DNA of 64,000 nucleotides. Source: Octopus vulgaris (Eukaryota). Under the pieces are notes generated by a model. That model searched no databases. It was not told the DNA's origin and was given only the letters and a program-made list of their open reading frames with translations. Both the position numbers and the translations under genes were made by a program. The stretch covers positions 14,756,001 to 14,820,000 of the forward strand of contig OX597833.1 in NCBI GenBank assembly GCA_951406725.2, in the 5' to 3' direction. Below are positions 1 to 13,880 of the stretch, piece by piece (the stretch's first letter is position 1; every line of letters begins with the position of its first letter).

Positions 1-106
1 CCGACTAAAACAGAAGACACTTATCCAGCGAACCAAGCAGCGGGACTGAACCAGAACCATGAGTTTGGGAACCAAACGTTTCACCTAATAGCCACGGCTG
101 CGCCTG
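1..106 (-). mobile_element. tRNA-derived SINE family A, head, diverged and cut by the window edge
   Basis: Reverse complement matches the head of the copy at 702 (aggcgcag..gtggct..ggttc..gttcagtccc..aagtgtcttct). Confidence 0.75.
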
Positions 107-701
107 TTCATGATTTCTTTATAATTCTTTCGTAAATATCCGTGCAATTTGGCTGGCTTCTTACTTTGACTTAAAAATCTTTCATAAGAGAACACAGTGT
201 GGCTTCTCTTTACTTTCATTGTAGCTGTGTATAGATCTAGCTACATTTATTTACCATACATAAAAGTTATCCGTTTTCAAATTTGAGTCAATAATTATTT
301 TTCTTTTAATGCTTTTGAATTTTTACTCGTTCAAATTGCTGTAATTTTTCGTTTGAATGTGTTTCGAAGACTTTACCTACAACTCTATAATTACGAAATG
401 ATGACATGGTCGAATATATAAAGAATTTTTTCTCTGGTATAATTAATAAGGTTATGTAGAAAATAATTCACAAATAGACGTGCTTTCATAAATATGTCGC
501 ATTCAAATGTAATCCTTTAAACTAAAACCTGTCAAAGAACTAAATCTCGCATTTACAGGCGGTCATTTACTTTACAACCATAGGCAGTTAATTTCCTGTT
601 GATCATGCACTCGATCGAACAACATATACGGCATGCACAGCATGGTATTTATAACCACAGTTTCGGATTTTGCTGTACCATTAATGTATTCTTTGGGTAT
701 T

Positions 702-1093
702 AGGCGCAGGAGTGGCTATGTGGTAAGTAGCTCGCTTACCGACCACGTGGTTCCGGGTTCAGTCCCACTGCGCGGCACTTTGGGCAAGTGTCTTCTACTA
801 TAGCCCCGGGCCGACCAAAGCCTTGTGAGTGGATTTGGTAGATGGAAACTGAAAGAAGCCCGTCGCATATATGTATCTGTTTGTGTGTGTATGTTTGTGT
901 GTGTCTGTGGTTGTCCCTCCAACATCACTTGACAACCGATACTGGTGTGTTTACGTCCACGTAACTTAGTGGTTCGGCAAAAAAACCGATAAAATAAGTA
1001 CTAGGCTTATAAAGAATAAGTCCTTGGGTCGATTTGCTCGACTAAAGGCGGTGCTCCAGCATGGCCGCAGTCAAATGATTGAAACAATTAAAG
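702..1093 (+). mobile_element. tRNA-derived SINE family A (octopus OK/CORE-like), full length
   Basis: Pol III-like head (tggctatgtggtaag A box, ggttcagtccc B box), CORE-like ttgggcaagtgtctt, internal (TG)n, tail ggccgcagtcaaatgattgaaac; more than 10 copies in the window. Confidence 0.9.
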
Positions 1094-1574
1094 GACTATT
1101 ATAGACCATAAATCAAACACTCATGCAATCGCTATATATTTCAGATGCTTCTATCGTATCTGATCTTGTTGAAGTCAATCCTGTACTGGACAGTTATAAT
1201 GTTCCCGCGTCATCGTCATTAACTCGTGTCTGAGTATTAAATCTATAGTGAGAGCGTGAGCCCCTTCATATTGATGTATGTGGAGAGGAGCGGTCCCTGA
1301 GGTGACTGATCTGGCCAAAGGCGGTATAGAAGAGCCGGGGGGTATTTCTCTTACGTTAGGATTTACGGGTGAGGAGATTTTACCATTTTTCCTAACACGC
1401 CTGTTACTGCTCCAATGACAATGATTTGTTTAACAGCGAATTTTGAAATGACATGGTAACTTTTCAATTTTTCATATTTTGAAGGTTTTTCTTAAATGGG
1501 CCTTGGAAAGATATCTTATACATAAATTTATCAGCTGCAAATATCCAGTTGAATTTGTAGTATCGTTTGTCATT

Positions 1575-1769
1575 TATATGTTCAGTCAACTGATTGCGAC
1601 CAGGATGGGACATCGCCTCGAAGTGTTTTAGTCGAATGAATCGACTCTCGGGTTTACTTTTTTTAAAAGCCAATTTCTTATTCTATCGGTTTCTTTTGCC
1701 GAACTGGTGAGTTACGGATACGCAAATACACCAATACCATTTGTCAAGCAGTGATTAGGAGACAAATAT

Positions 1770-1838
<69 letters not shown>

Positions 1839-1949
1839 TACATGACGTGGTTCTGTCCAGTTTCTCCCTACCAAATCCACGTGGAAATGAACCTGGAACC
1901 TTGTGGTTGGGAAGCAAGCTTCTTACCGCACAGATACCCCTGCGCCTAT
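1575..1949 (-). mobile_element. SINE family A, diverged, with (CA)n at 1773-1836
   Basis: Ends ctgcgcctat (reverse complement of the head); tail motif ttattctatcggtttcttttgccgaac. Confidence 0.8.
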
Positions 1950-1974
1950 GAATATGCGTATGACAAGTCCATCC

Positions 1975-2340
1975 TAATACCAGTTGTCAAGCGGTAGGCG
2001 TGGGACATACACAGACACATGCACACATACACATGCACACACATACACATCCATACACACATACACATGTACACACATACTCACACACAGACTCATACAT
2101 ACATACACATGCATATACATACATTCACACATACACACACATACATACACACACATACATACATACATATATATGATGAGCTTGTTTTCAATTTCGTGCC
2201 TACCAAATCCACTCAAAACGCTTTGGTCGTCCCGAGGCTGTAGTAGAAGACACTTTCGCAAGATGCCAGGCACTAGGATTGAACCCGGAACGATGTGCCT
2301 GGGAAGAAATCGTTTTACCACAAAGCTACGCCTGTGCCTA
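1975..2340 (-). mobile_element. SINE family A, partial, with expanded CA/TA-rich middle
   Basis: ctaccaaatccactca..gtagaagacact..gaacccggaac..cctgtgccta match family A. Confidence 0.8.
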
Positions 2341-3224
2341 GAACTACGCGTATGACTAAGCTCGCGGTATGGCCCACGTACACGTGGAGGTAGGCGCGAT
2401 CGATGCCGTCAGTCTCCGGAAGTGTGTGGCGATACGCACCGGGTAAATACAGCGACGTGGTCCGACCTGTAACGTCGATAAACGGTCAAAACACATTAGA
2501 ATGGTTTAATGAGGGATTTAATTCTGTTTTCAAATTTATGCCACAACAGATGATATCGAGCAAATTTACTGACTCTTAATGCAAATATCTATTTTGCTCC
2601 GAAAATCAAAGTACGACTGGATATGACTGAAACCCTGATGGAACAGTGGAGAGGAAAAATAGCAACAACGAAGATATCAAAATGGTGGATTTAAAATACT
2701 GTACGTAATTTAATCTAGCTATCATGGTTTAAGATCTCATATCCTAGGGCTTCAGAAAATAAGAATGAGAGGGAATTGAAAATTAAGGTTTTATTAGACG
2801 TTCGTGTTGAATTTCGAGAAACAACGATGTTAGAATCGAATATCTATGTGTTAAAATCTACGTAATGTGCAGTTAAATTTTCGGGTTCCAGGCATTTTGA
2901 TTATCTTAGCGTTGCGTCATATGAGCGAAGACGAATTGTTTAGTTTCTGGTTTAAAATGAAATCGCTGTAGCAAGTAATTGCAGTTATTTAAAGTTCAAT
3001 TTAATTTCTGCTGTCATACGCAATATTCACAGGTTTTTCAAATGGTAAATGCTGCTAAAATATGGGAAGAAATAACAAGTAAAAGACAGAAAAGAAAATA
3101 ACCCTACGGAAGGAGCCGTAATTGTTAACGAGAATTAAGGGTTCAAGACATGAACATCATTTAACTAGCGAAGAAAAGAAGTGCGGTAGTGTCACATATA
3201 GATATTTGAATATACGCAACCATG

Positions 3225-3565
3225 TGAAGGCGCATGGCTTAGTGGTTAGAGCGTAGAGCTTAGGATCGTGAGGTTGTGAGTTCGATACCCGGACCGGGCT
3301 GTATGTTGTGTTTTTGAGCAGGACAGTTTATTTCACGTTGCTCCAGTTAACTCAGCTGTAGAAAGAAATTGCGACATCACTGGTGCCAAGCTGTATTGGC
3401 CCCTTTGCCTTTCCCTTGGATAACACTGGTGGCGTGGAGAGGGGAGGCCGGTATGCATGGGTGACTGCTGGTCTTCTCCAAGCAATCTTGACCAGACTTG
3501 TGGCTCGGAGGGTAACTTTCTAGGTGCAATCCCATGGTCGTTCATTAACGAAGAGGGTCTCTTCC
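3225..3565 (+). mobile_element. tRNA-derived SINE family B (octopus OR-like)
   Basis: Head ggcgcatggcttagtggttagagcg..gagttcgataccc, ttgagcaggacagtttatttcacg domain; homologous copies at 35250 and 46830. Confidence 0.85.
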
Positions 3566-3639
3566 TCCTATACGCAACCATATACGAGGGGTTCCTATAC
3601 ACATATAGGAACGTACGTAGAAATATAAGAGCGGGCATA

Positions 3640-3866
3640 CTGCTCACGTTCGTAAGGTCGTGAGTTCAATTCCCGGCGACGCGTTGTGTCCTTGAGCAAG
3701 ACACTTTATTTCACGGTGCTCCATTTCGCTCAGCTGGCAAAAATAAGAAGTATCTGTATTTCAAAGGGCCAACTTTGTCTCGCTCTGTGTCATGCTGGTA
3801 CGGGCACACGTGTCTGTGGAGTGCTCACCCACTTGCACGTTAATTTCACGAGTAAGCTGTTCCGTA
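3640..3866 (+). mobile_element. SINE, 5'-truncated, tail shared with family D copy at 28152
   Basis: gagttcaattccc B box, gtgtccttgagcaagacactt, tail cacgtgtctgtggagtgctca..cacgttaatttcacgag..gctgttccgt. Confidence 0.75.
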
Positions 3867-3871
3867 TATAT

Positions 3872-4070
3872 AGTTAATCCAAACAAGAAAACACAGAAAA
3901 AAACACAGCAACGCGAGGACGTGGAACAATTAAAGTATTATTTGACGCTCAGGAAAGAAGGGAAGGAGGGTTTAACCTTTCGAGCGGAGCTCTTCGTCGG
4001 AAACAAGGAGAAGGAAAGATCCCAAGAAGGGAAGACAGAGGAAAAAAATATTTTTGCTGGTGGTGCTCAA
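3872..4070 (-). mobile_element. Short Penelope-like/hammerhead-variant element (family P1)
   Basis: Minus strand 3970-4004: gttt-CCGACGAA-gagc-tcc-gctc-GAAA-gg-TT-aaac; related to copies at 11640, 15360 and 31465. Confidence 0.55.
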
Positions 4071-4078
4071 GAGATCAA

Positions 4079-4365
4079 GGGGGATGACCACTAAGTGGAC
4101 AACCATATGCTAGAAGTGCCCCCCCCTATGGTCTTACCACTAAGAAAGGAATGTTCTCGAGGAAATATACCAAATACCTACGTAAGTGATTACGTAACAA
4201 CGAAACTTGTTTGTGATTAATTTGTATATTTTGTATCTTTTCATTTGTCTTGCTCGCTTATGTCCTAGTGTTTGCTAAATTTTCCTGAGAACATACCTTT
4301 CTTAGTGGTAAGACCATAGGGGGTCGACTTCTAGCATATAGATTTACACTTAGTGATCATCCCTG
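4079..4365. mobile_element. Fold-back MITE with ~100-bp terminal inverted repeats
   Basis: gggatgaccactaagtg..tagaagt..cccctatggtcttaccactaagaaagg mirrored by cctttcttagtggtaagaccatagggg..acttctag..cacttagtgatcatccc. Confidence 0.85.
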
Positions 4366-4482
4366 TTATATGCATGTAATACAATTTTTCTGAATCTTCA
4401 GATTTTTGTATATGCTATACCACTGGTATTAAATTGATATTAATCAAATTAATATTCAATTTTTCACCCTTATTATTTTAAA

Positions 4483-4520
<38 letters not shown>

Positions 4521-4526
<6 letters not shown>

Positions 4527-4750
4527 GTTGTCTGGAAAGTTCGTGCCAAGTTTTAAAGGAAAGAAAAAAGGTCAATAAGTACTTGCCATTACATTTTTAA
4601 TCAACCGAATATGAACCATTTTGTTGCACAATGCGTCTCCATCTTTCTTTTAATTTGAAAATACCTTTTCACCAGAAATAAGGTGCCTGGTAGGGTAAGT
4701 CGAAAGGTAAGCTACTATAAATCGGCACGAACCTACCGGACAACCCAATA
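4521..4750 (-). mobile_element. Internally deleted mariner element in (TA)n
   Basis: TIRs tattgggttgtc(t/c)gg..gttcgtgcc at both ends; minus strand keeps the transposase C-terminus (KGIFKLKERWRRIVQQNGSY). Confidence 0.85.
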
Positions 4751-4855
<105 letters not shown>

Positions 4856-4894
4856 ATAGATAGACAGATATAAAGTCTCAAAACGTGATATAAA

Positions 4895-6388
4895 TAGTAA
4901 CAATGCTGGACGGTAACGTGTTTTTTGTCCCTATGTCATGGGTGCTCTATAAAGAACTGTTACTATATTTTAACTCCACTGAAATAGTGAGGGGAATTTC
5001 TTATGATATGGAGGAACTGATCATGTACATAAATGATAATCTTCCCAAGCTTCTACCTAATCGACATCATGCATATTCCACTGTCATAGAAAGTATTAAC
5101 AATAACATTGAATGACTTTATTTCTTAGATGCTGCAGGAGGTTCTGCGAAAAACATTTGTAATTAAGTTCCTCCTGGCTAAAGTTCGTCAAGAAAATAAA
5201 ATAGCGTTAGCTACTGCTACTTCTGGTATTGCAGGAAACCAGAGATCGGATTGTCCATTCGACATTCAATTTACCTTTAGATTTATCTAACAAAGAGGAT
5301 TCAGTTTGTAATATATCTAGAAATTCTGGAATGGGTGAGCAATACAAAGATCTCACTTAATTGTCTGGGGCAAACGTACCATAGCCAAAAAAAAAAAAAA
5401 AAATTTAAAGTTGTTGGCATGACATTATGAGATGCAAAAAAAAACTTTTAAAGTTGTTGGCATGACATTATGAGACGCTGATAATTGTAATTCTATGATG
5501 GGAAATATCACAGTATTATTATCAGGAAACATCTGACAAAGATTACCAGTTGTTCCAAGACGATCAAAAGTGGATGAGCTCCTCAATAAAATCTTCTCTA
5601 TTATGGCACTAAGTGAAAAAAAATTCATCTTTGGACAAATATGAGATGGAGGCTTTCAAGATATCAATCAGCTGAACTATTTGCAGTGCATCTTTTGAAA
5701 GTCGGTGGTCGAAAAAGTTTCAATTGATGAAGAACAGTTTCTTACACCCAGTCCAATATGTAATTCAGCTGATTCCGTCGATGATTTGGTGACAGAAAGC
5801 TTTCCAAATCTTCTTCATAACTACAAAAATACAGATTAGATCTGTGAGCAACCTATCTTTGCTCCAAAATATGTTGCTGTAAATAGCATTATTAATATGC
5901 TATTGAATAAACTTCCGGGAGAAGTGTTCACTTATAACTCAATTGACAGTGTTGGTGATGATCGAATTTCTGAACTTACTAGAACTACCAGGTACAGCTC
6001 CCTATTGTTTTTAGCTAAAAAAAAGGGACTCCTGTTATGCTATTGAGTAATTTGTCTCAACCAAAATTATGCAATGGTACGTGGTTTTGTACAAATTCTG
6101 AGAAACTGCAGTGAGGCAAATATTCTCACTCGATATGGTAAAGGTGATACCCTCTTTATTCTTCGCATATTAGTTATACCGTCTAATGTCCCATTCCAAT
6201 CTAAGCGGTTACAGTTTCTTATCCGAGTTTCTTTTGCCGTGAACATTTAATAAAAGTCAAGGCCAAACACTAAAAGTTGCTGGATTGCATCTTGGAGAAC
6301 AATGCTTTTCACATGGCGGACTTATGAATGAGCATCACTTGTGGGAGAAAAAGCAGATCTTTTTGCTTATGCACCCAGAAATAAAGCA
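4895..6388 (+). pseudogene. Decayed Helitron Rep/Hel PIF1-family helicase
   Basis: Frameshifted motifs FLDAAGG(S)..KTFVIKFLLAKVR..ALATATSGIA, CNGT, LQFLIRVSFA, KSQGQTLKVAGLHLGEQCFSHGGL; many stops; short internal tandem duplication near 5405-5476. Confidence 0.9.
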
Positions 6389-6516
<128 letters not shown>

Positions 6517-6844
6517 GTTTATAAAGAAATATTCACTCTTAATGCAACATGTACACTGCAATAATTTACTACCATTACCTTCAAAAAGGATTAAATTACG
6601 TATTTAAATGAAGTGTTTTATATAATTGCCATTAGTGTGTTGATAAATAAATAACACATACAACTCACTTATTGTCATACCATAAACAAACAGAAGTTCG
6701 TGTATGAAGTTGATCCTTTTTCTAGTTCAATTATTACATGTTTTTCTCTTATAAAATGCACACATACAGGAGGAGTAAATTATACATATATATACATATA
6801 TATATACATATAGTTATATACATATAGATATATTTTATATATAC

Positions 6845-6988
<144 letters not shown>

Positions 6989-7073
6989 TGAGAGATGGAT
7001 ATATATATATAGTTGGATACATAGATAAACACACGTGTAGCTAGAAGTACATGAGTATCTTCATTTTATAGTT

Positions 7074-7158
<85 letters not shown>

Positions 7159-7289
7159 CACACACAGATGTCGGACACTTACGAATACACTATAGCACAC
7201 ACACACACACATACACACACACCTAATGCCAAAGTGTGCTGAGAGCGAAATCAAAGGAACACAATTCACTTTTTTTATGATTATATTTT

Positions 7290-7791
7290 TCTATTTACAT
7301 ATTTGCTTCAACTCTTTCATATGAATGATGACATTTCCCTTCGTATTCCATCAACAATATCGCTCGATTTTCCATCTGCCGTCTTGCCGTATTCATCAAC
7401 ACATTTTAATGTATATCATGCTTTCTGTTTTGGGCCAAACATTTTAACCTCCTTTGTCCATCATGTTATAACACTAATTGATATTCTGAAATATCACGTT
7501 CAGGCATATTCTGGATCAAATATTACTGTCGGTGCATTTTTGGGAAGTCTCTGGATCCTCTTCATTTTTTTTAGAACAGCATGATTTGAATAGAGAACAC
7601 TTTTGCGATTCTTGTGAATGTGAGAGTGCACATCGGTTTACTTTTTGTATCTTCTTCAAGTCTTTTGCTTCCGCTTTTTTCTGCATCAAGCTTTCATCAC
7701 GAGCTTCAACGATCGTTGGTAATGCGGGACGATAATCGAGATCATAATAATTCCTGTGTCTGTGATCGGCCATAATGTTATAGAACAGCAT
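7290..7791 (-). pseudogene. Candidate degraded coding sequence of unknown family (91-aa ORF 7516-7791 plus frameshifted continuation)
   Basis: Non-repetitive, protein-like charged sequence (MADHRHRNYYDLDYRPALPTIVEARDE..); continuation in another frame has two stops; no recognisable domain. Confidence 0.3.
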
Positions 7792-7829
7792 TAGTGTTAA
7801 AATGAGGAGACATGAACAAACTGCAGAAA

Positions 7830-8220
7830 TAACGAATTAGAAGAGAACATATGCCACCAAACGTTACCTCTGGCGTGAAATAGTATTTCTGAGGGAGATT
7901 TTGCTCATACAAATGGATAAATATACCACAGAATAAAAAAATAATGTACTGCCTTGCGAGGAAATTAGGCATAAAGTAAATAACACAATGAAAATAAAGT
8001 CCAAATGATAAAAGTAACGAGAGAAATAACGCATTAGACGAGAAAATATGGCGACCAAATGTTGCCTCTGTTGCGGAATAATACTTTTGTGTGAGATTTT
8101 GTTCATATAAATAGATAAATATACATAAGCATAAACGTTGAATGGACTATCTAGCAGAGAAAACTATCCATAAATTAACTAACGCAATGAAAATTAAGTC
8201 CAAAGGATAGAAGTACATTA
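7830..8220. repeat. Diverged tandem duplication, ~200-bp unit
   Basis: accaaa(c/t)gtt(a/g)cctctg..gagattttg(c/t)tcata..ataaatatac and taac(a/g)caatgaaaat(a/t)aagtccaaa(t/g)gata each occur twice, ~200 bp apart. Confidence 0.75.
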
Positions 8221-8717
8221 TATGAATTACAGTGGAAACAGTTGTAAAAAGATATTTTCTCATTGAATTCAGTTTTTGGAGTTCCGAAGAGAGCAAGTTT
8301 GAATTTCGAGAAATGACGCGAATCATCTTTTAAGAATTATTACGTCATTTCTTCTGTAAACTACAGAAGAGATCTCCGACAATCGAGTGCATTCTCACAC
8401 GATATGTCTTAACTGTGGTATTAGTGTTTAATATCTTTGTATGTAATTGTGTTGTGTTTTCTGTTGTCTCGTGTTCTCTGTGTAATTCTAAAATAGGAAA
8501 CAACGTTTTTAATATCCAGACAGTTACTAGCATTTAGTCTGAGAGACAGGAAAATTCCAGCTAGTATCTGAACTCAGAAAGACTCTAACCGAACACACAC
8601 AATTACACACTCTCACAAGAATGCACGCGCACACACACACACATACATAAATACACGATTGCAACCCATCCCTCTCCGATCACACCCATGTACACACACA
8701 CACACACACAATCACAT

Positions 8718-8788
<71 letters not shown>

Positions 8789-10218
8789 TATATATATATA
8801 TACACATATATATATGCATACATATATATATATATAGTAAGTATGTAATAAATTGTAGGGTGTACACCAGGTACTTTGCCATTAAAGCAAGTTCGCTGGC
8901 TTAGTGTTCGTTCGGTATGTAGTTAATGAGAGAGACTGAAGATGGAGGATGCGAGAATCTTTCTTGATCACTACAATCGTTTGGAGCTATCTAGTTTCGA
9001 ACACTCGCGGGTGGGATACTGCACAGATGGATTGGGTATACACCTCGGTGCAGATATGTCACTGCGGTGATTTTCAAGAGGCATCTCGGTAAAATAAACT
9101 GTTTTGCAAACCTCTTACCTGTGTATGTATGAGGTAGTTTTTTGTGAAGTATTGTGCGGTATAACTTTAAAGAATGTAGCTGTGTAAAGCCGGAACTATG
9201 TGAGAAGTTACAAAGTAAATTGCAAAATGAAAAGGAAACAGAACAAAGCTGAAGTTGTACCTTGTATTTCTATATTTCGAGGCGAAGTTCCCTTTTTCAG
9301 GATATTCGAAAATGCGGTGACTGGAAAATGTTTGTTGTTCAGATGCTGCATACACACGATTGGGGTAAGCTAGTAACCGACCAATACATGCAACTAGTTT
9401 TGCAAGCCACTGGATCACGTGACTCAATTCTGCAGTATTTTCACTTTAACACCTAAACGTAATAAAAAGCATTGTGCATTTCTGCTGCAAGCTGTTTAAA
9501 TGCCCCATCATTGAATGGGAAGTAGGTGTTCCCTACTATTATGATGTGAAAATCCGAGGGTTTAAGATTCAATAGGTGAAATTTGGCGGTTGGCGGAGAA
9601 GAATGAAAGAAAGAAGGAGGAGTGGAGGCAGAAGGAGAGGGAAGGGTGTGAGAAGAATAACGAAGAGCAAAAAAGGGTTAAATAGGTGTAGGATATGGAT
9701 TAGGTGGGGACGAGACCAGAGCTGCAATGCGGTGAGTGCGGTCCATATATATATATTTATATATATATATATATATAAAATTATAGAAAAGGATGTGGAT
9801 AAACCGCACCAACTGGCTAGACATAGCTGCTAATAGCACTAGAAATCACATGTTATTTTACTCCATTAACACAAGTTGAAAACGGGCTAATGAAATAATC
9901 CGGGTTTTAAAAATAAGTGCTACTCATAAATCGATTTCTGGCTTACGATTTATGAATAACATTTTAAAAACAAATCTGATTATAAAAACCCCTGTATACT
10001 ACCTCTCTTGGTCTTTGTCAGCAGCCATTCATCACGCACACCACGTCTCTTTGGAACAGCTTCGATGAGCCAGAAATCCAACCAGTCTCACAGTTTCCTT
10101 CAACCAGAATTCAATGTCAGAGTTTTATTCAGAGATATAAAGATGTTACTATACAGAAGACATCTTAAAATACGTTCCAAAGAAGGAATCTATACGAATG
10201 TTCTGTAAACAAATATGT

Positions 10219-10376
10219 GTAGGCATGGCTCAGCGGGTAAGAATTTTGCTCTGAAGCACAGGGTTCTGGTTTCAGTCCTACTGCGTTGTACACTGGGCAA
10301 GTGTCTTCTACTATAGCCTAGGGTCAACCAAAGCCTTGTGGGTGGATTTCGTTGACGGAAACTGAAAGAACCCGTC

Positions 10377-10473
<97 letters not shown>

Positions 10474-10660
10474 ATCCCTGCCTATCGCTTGACAACCTTT
10501 GTTGGTTTGTTAACATCCCCGTAACTTCGTGGATCGGTAAAAGAAACGGATAGAATAAGTACTATCCTTACAAATAATAGGTCCTGGGGTTGATTTCGTC
10601 GACTAAAGGCGGTGCTGCAGCATGGCCGCAGTCACATGCCCGAAACATATTAAAGAACAA
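10219..10660 (+). mobile_element. SINE family A
   Basis: Diverged head, gggcaagtgtcttctactatagcc, (TA)(TG) middle, tail catggccgcagtcaca. Confidence 0.85.
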
Positions 10661-11019
10661 ATACTTACTTTAGATAATGGATATGAACTGTATCAAGGAA
10701 ACAGTTTCGGGTCATAAAGTACTGATACTTTAATAACTTAATACACAACAGCAATTCAAATACTGTGATTAACGCTTAAATGGCGGACATCACCACTTGA
10801 TGTTTCAGAAGAGAATACCGAGGATCATTAACTAACGCTCTAAAACATTTATATGGACACACCATCAAAGGAAAATAAATATTTGCAATAGTTTATGATA
10901 ATGAAATTTTAAATTTTAATGTGTAGCAGAATAAAAATCGCGTTTTATCTTTAGTTGTTTCTCTCGTTACTCAGCCGCCCATGGCAGAGCAGCGCTATGA
11001 AGAGATTTTACTCGAACGA

Positions 11020-11192
11020 ATTTAAGTGGTTACAGTTTCTTATCCGTGTTTCGTTTACCATGAGCATTAATAACGCTAAACGTTGCCGGATTGCATCTTG
11101 AAGAACCATATTTTACATATGGCCGACTTTATGAAAAGGCATCACTTGTGGGAGAAAAGCAGACCCTTTTTGCTTATGCACCCAGAAATAAA
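11020..11192 (+). pseudogene. Second fragment of the Helitron helicase C-terminus
   Basis: Close copy of 6200-6384 (VAGLHLEEPYFTYGRLY..FAYAPRNK). Confidence 0.8.
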
Positions 11193-11366
11193 ATTAAAAA
11201 AATAACTGTATCGTATTTTCCTTTCAGCCTATTAGATATTATATCGGTCTCCTTTATCGAATCCCTAAGATACAGGGATGTAAACCCACCAACACCGGTT
11301 GTCAATTTGTGGTGGCGTGGTGGATACAAACACAGACATAAAAAACTAACCTTCACATACACACCT

Positions 11367-11403
<37 letters not shown>

Positions 11404-11639
11404 CACCCACACCTACACATTCCACCCCACCACCACTCAACGCCTTCACACCACCATACCACACAACACATCACACGACAACACACCACCACGCACACAT
11501 CACGATCACCAGCCCTCTTCCACAAGCACATACAAACTCTCTTATACACAAGCACGCGAACCTTCATTTTGGGATCACCACTACTTTATTATCTCCCCTT
11601 CCCCCTAGCTCTCCTGTGTGCCCCTTCTGGCTGGCATTC

Positions 11640-11812
11640 GCCCTATAGATCGCTAGCCATTACACATTCTTTATTTTCTCTCCTTGTTTCTGTGTTCCTT
11701 ACGAGCGTAGGCTCGAAACATTAAAGACTTTTTCACTTCTCGAGCGTTAAACTAATACATCTATTTGTTGTCTCCACCACCTGCCTTCGTCTTTTGTTTC
11801 TTTTCTTGCGAA
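11640..11812 (+). mobile_element. Family P1 element, hammerhead core partly deleted
   Basis: tctccttgtttc..gagcgtaggctcgaaacattaaagactt..gagcgttaaactaatac..ccacctgccttcgtcttttg as at 15360 and 31465. Confidence 0.65.
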
Positions 11813-11813
11813 T

Positions 11814-11873
<60 letters not shown>

Positions 11874-13654
11874 CACACACTTGCTTACTAGCATATATAT
11901 GTGTGTGTGTATCTATATGTGTATGTATATATCTATATTTTACGTACATGCGTGTTATCACTATTTCCCCTCTCTGTTTGAAACATGAGACAATATCCAA
12001 ACATATTCCACCACTTTCTCCGACGCTATTCATTTATATCTGGTTTGTTACTATTCTACATTTCTCCAAGTTTCTAATATCTTTATCCACCATACACTTG
12101 TCATTTAAATGACTCTTGACTGCGGATTGCTATGTTAACCTTTTCTAAGGGCCGTCTCTTTTGAATGAAGCTCTGTATCTATATTCATGCTAGCGGTATC
12201 ATATCGGATTAAGTGTTTAGTAGAATTTCTTCCGTATTTTTATGTCCTCCATTCAAGTAAGGCCGAGAACAATACCGTTTTTTCTCACTTCGTATTGATA
12301 ACATCTGTACTATTTTAGTGCTTATGTAAACAACTTGTATCCTCTCTACAACAAATGGTGATTTGAATCCTTCAATTGACCGATGTCGTATTCAGGGAAT
12401 ATTGTGACCTCCGACAGTTCTACGCCATGACAAATGGGTGAGTGGACGTATGGGTGCTAAAGCTCGCAAACCCACAAATACTGAATTATTTTCACTCTCC
12501 GCCACAGCAACCTGGAAACCAGGCTCATCAGCCTGACTAGGCTTGAAAAGGGCAACAGAATATGTAAATATACATGTATACATATATACGTACATAGGTA
12601 GGTATGTATAAATGCATTCATGCTATATATGTGTATACATACCTATGTGTATGTGTATGTGTGTGTGCGTGTATGTGTGTATATATAATAATGTGAAAAA
12701 CGTATTATTTACCAATGAAAAATCGGTGAAAATATGAGACGCCTTTTAATCAAGCTATATCCTTATGGCCTTGATCGAGGAAAAATTATTCAATAAGTAG
12801 TAGTTTCTATAATAAATTCTTTATGCTTTGTCTTTTATAAGGTATTGACACCTAAACGGAGGATTTGCAGATTCTATGAAATTATTTATTTTAATATCAG
12901 TTTCTCACTTTTTAAAGAAGGAATACATATAATGTCAGCGCAAAAACACGTTAACATCACAATACGCTACCAACAGTCTCTGAATTAATGCGCCATTGTT
13001 GCATTCTGTACCAATGGTTATTTCATTACAGCTTTGTGATTGTTCGCAATTTATTGTCTATTTTAGATTTTTAAATTCAACATCATACTTTGTTAAAAAG
13101 GAAATAGTGAAAACTGTCCTTTATACTCGAAAATATTCCAGTAGTTTTAATAACGTTTCCATTTAGAAAATGCTAATAGAAAAAATTCTCTATTTCCTCC
13201 TGCCTTTTCATACTAACTAGATTGTGATTTTGTTATCGAATACCAAAAATAAAATAAAGAATGAAAAAGCCAATATAATGTCTGAAGGTATAATTCCGAA
13301 AAATAAATACTTAAAGCTTATTTCATAATATTTTTCAGTAAATATTCTAGTTAATCCTGTGTTATTACTGAATCTATGCAATTTACTGTTTAACAATACA
13401 TAGTGAGGAAAAGTCCATATAAAGTCATATTTGGTAAGTTCAAGTATATTCGGACGTAGGATTTCTCCCCCTTCACATGTTGTAAACGTGTATTCAGCTA
13501 CGAATGCATCATGTAGTTCCACACATGTCTAGGAAGAGAATTTTTTTCCGAGATTATTTTTACAGAGAATGAGATTCTCAATGTTCGAATGATCTCGAAT
13601 GCGTTAAATGTCACTTTACATGACTGTACATTATTCAGTGCTTTGTGAGCGACA

Positions 13655-13879
<225 letters not shown>

Positions 13880-13880
<1 letters not shown>

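Noticed and set aside
716-928. Recurrent peptide ASFSFRLPNPLTRLWSARGYSRRHLPK (also 16558, 60880)
   Set aside because: Antisense translation of SINE family A.
3225-3300. tRNA-like sequences (also 28152, 36437)
   Set aside because: They continue into multicopy SINE bodies; they are SINE heads, not tRNA genes.
8960-9095. Long hammerhead-like fold on the minus strand (ttgaaaa..caaacgattgta)
   Set aside because: GAAA is mutated and no stem I was found; too degenerate to call.
12505-12545. ctgatga followed by a hairpin on the minus strand
   Set aside because: No GAAA or helix III; it matches the SINE tail seen at 40770-40815.
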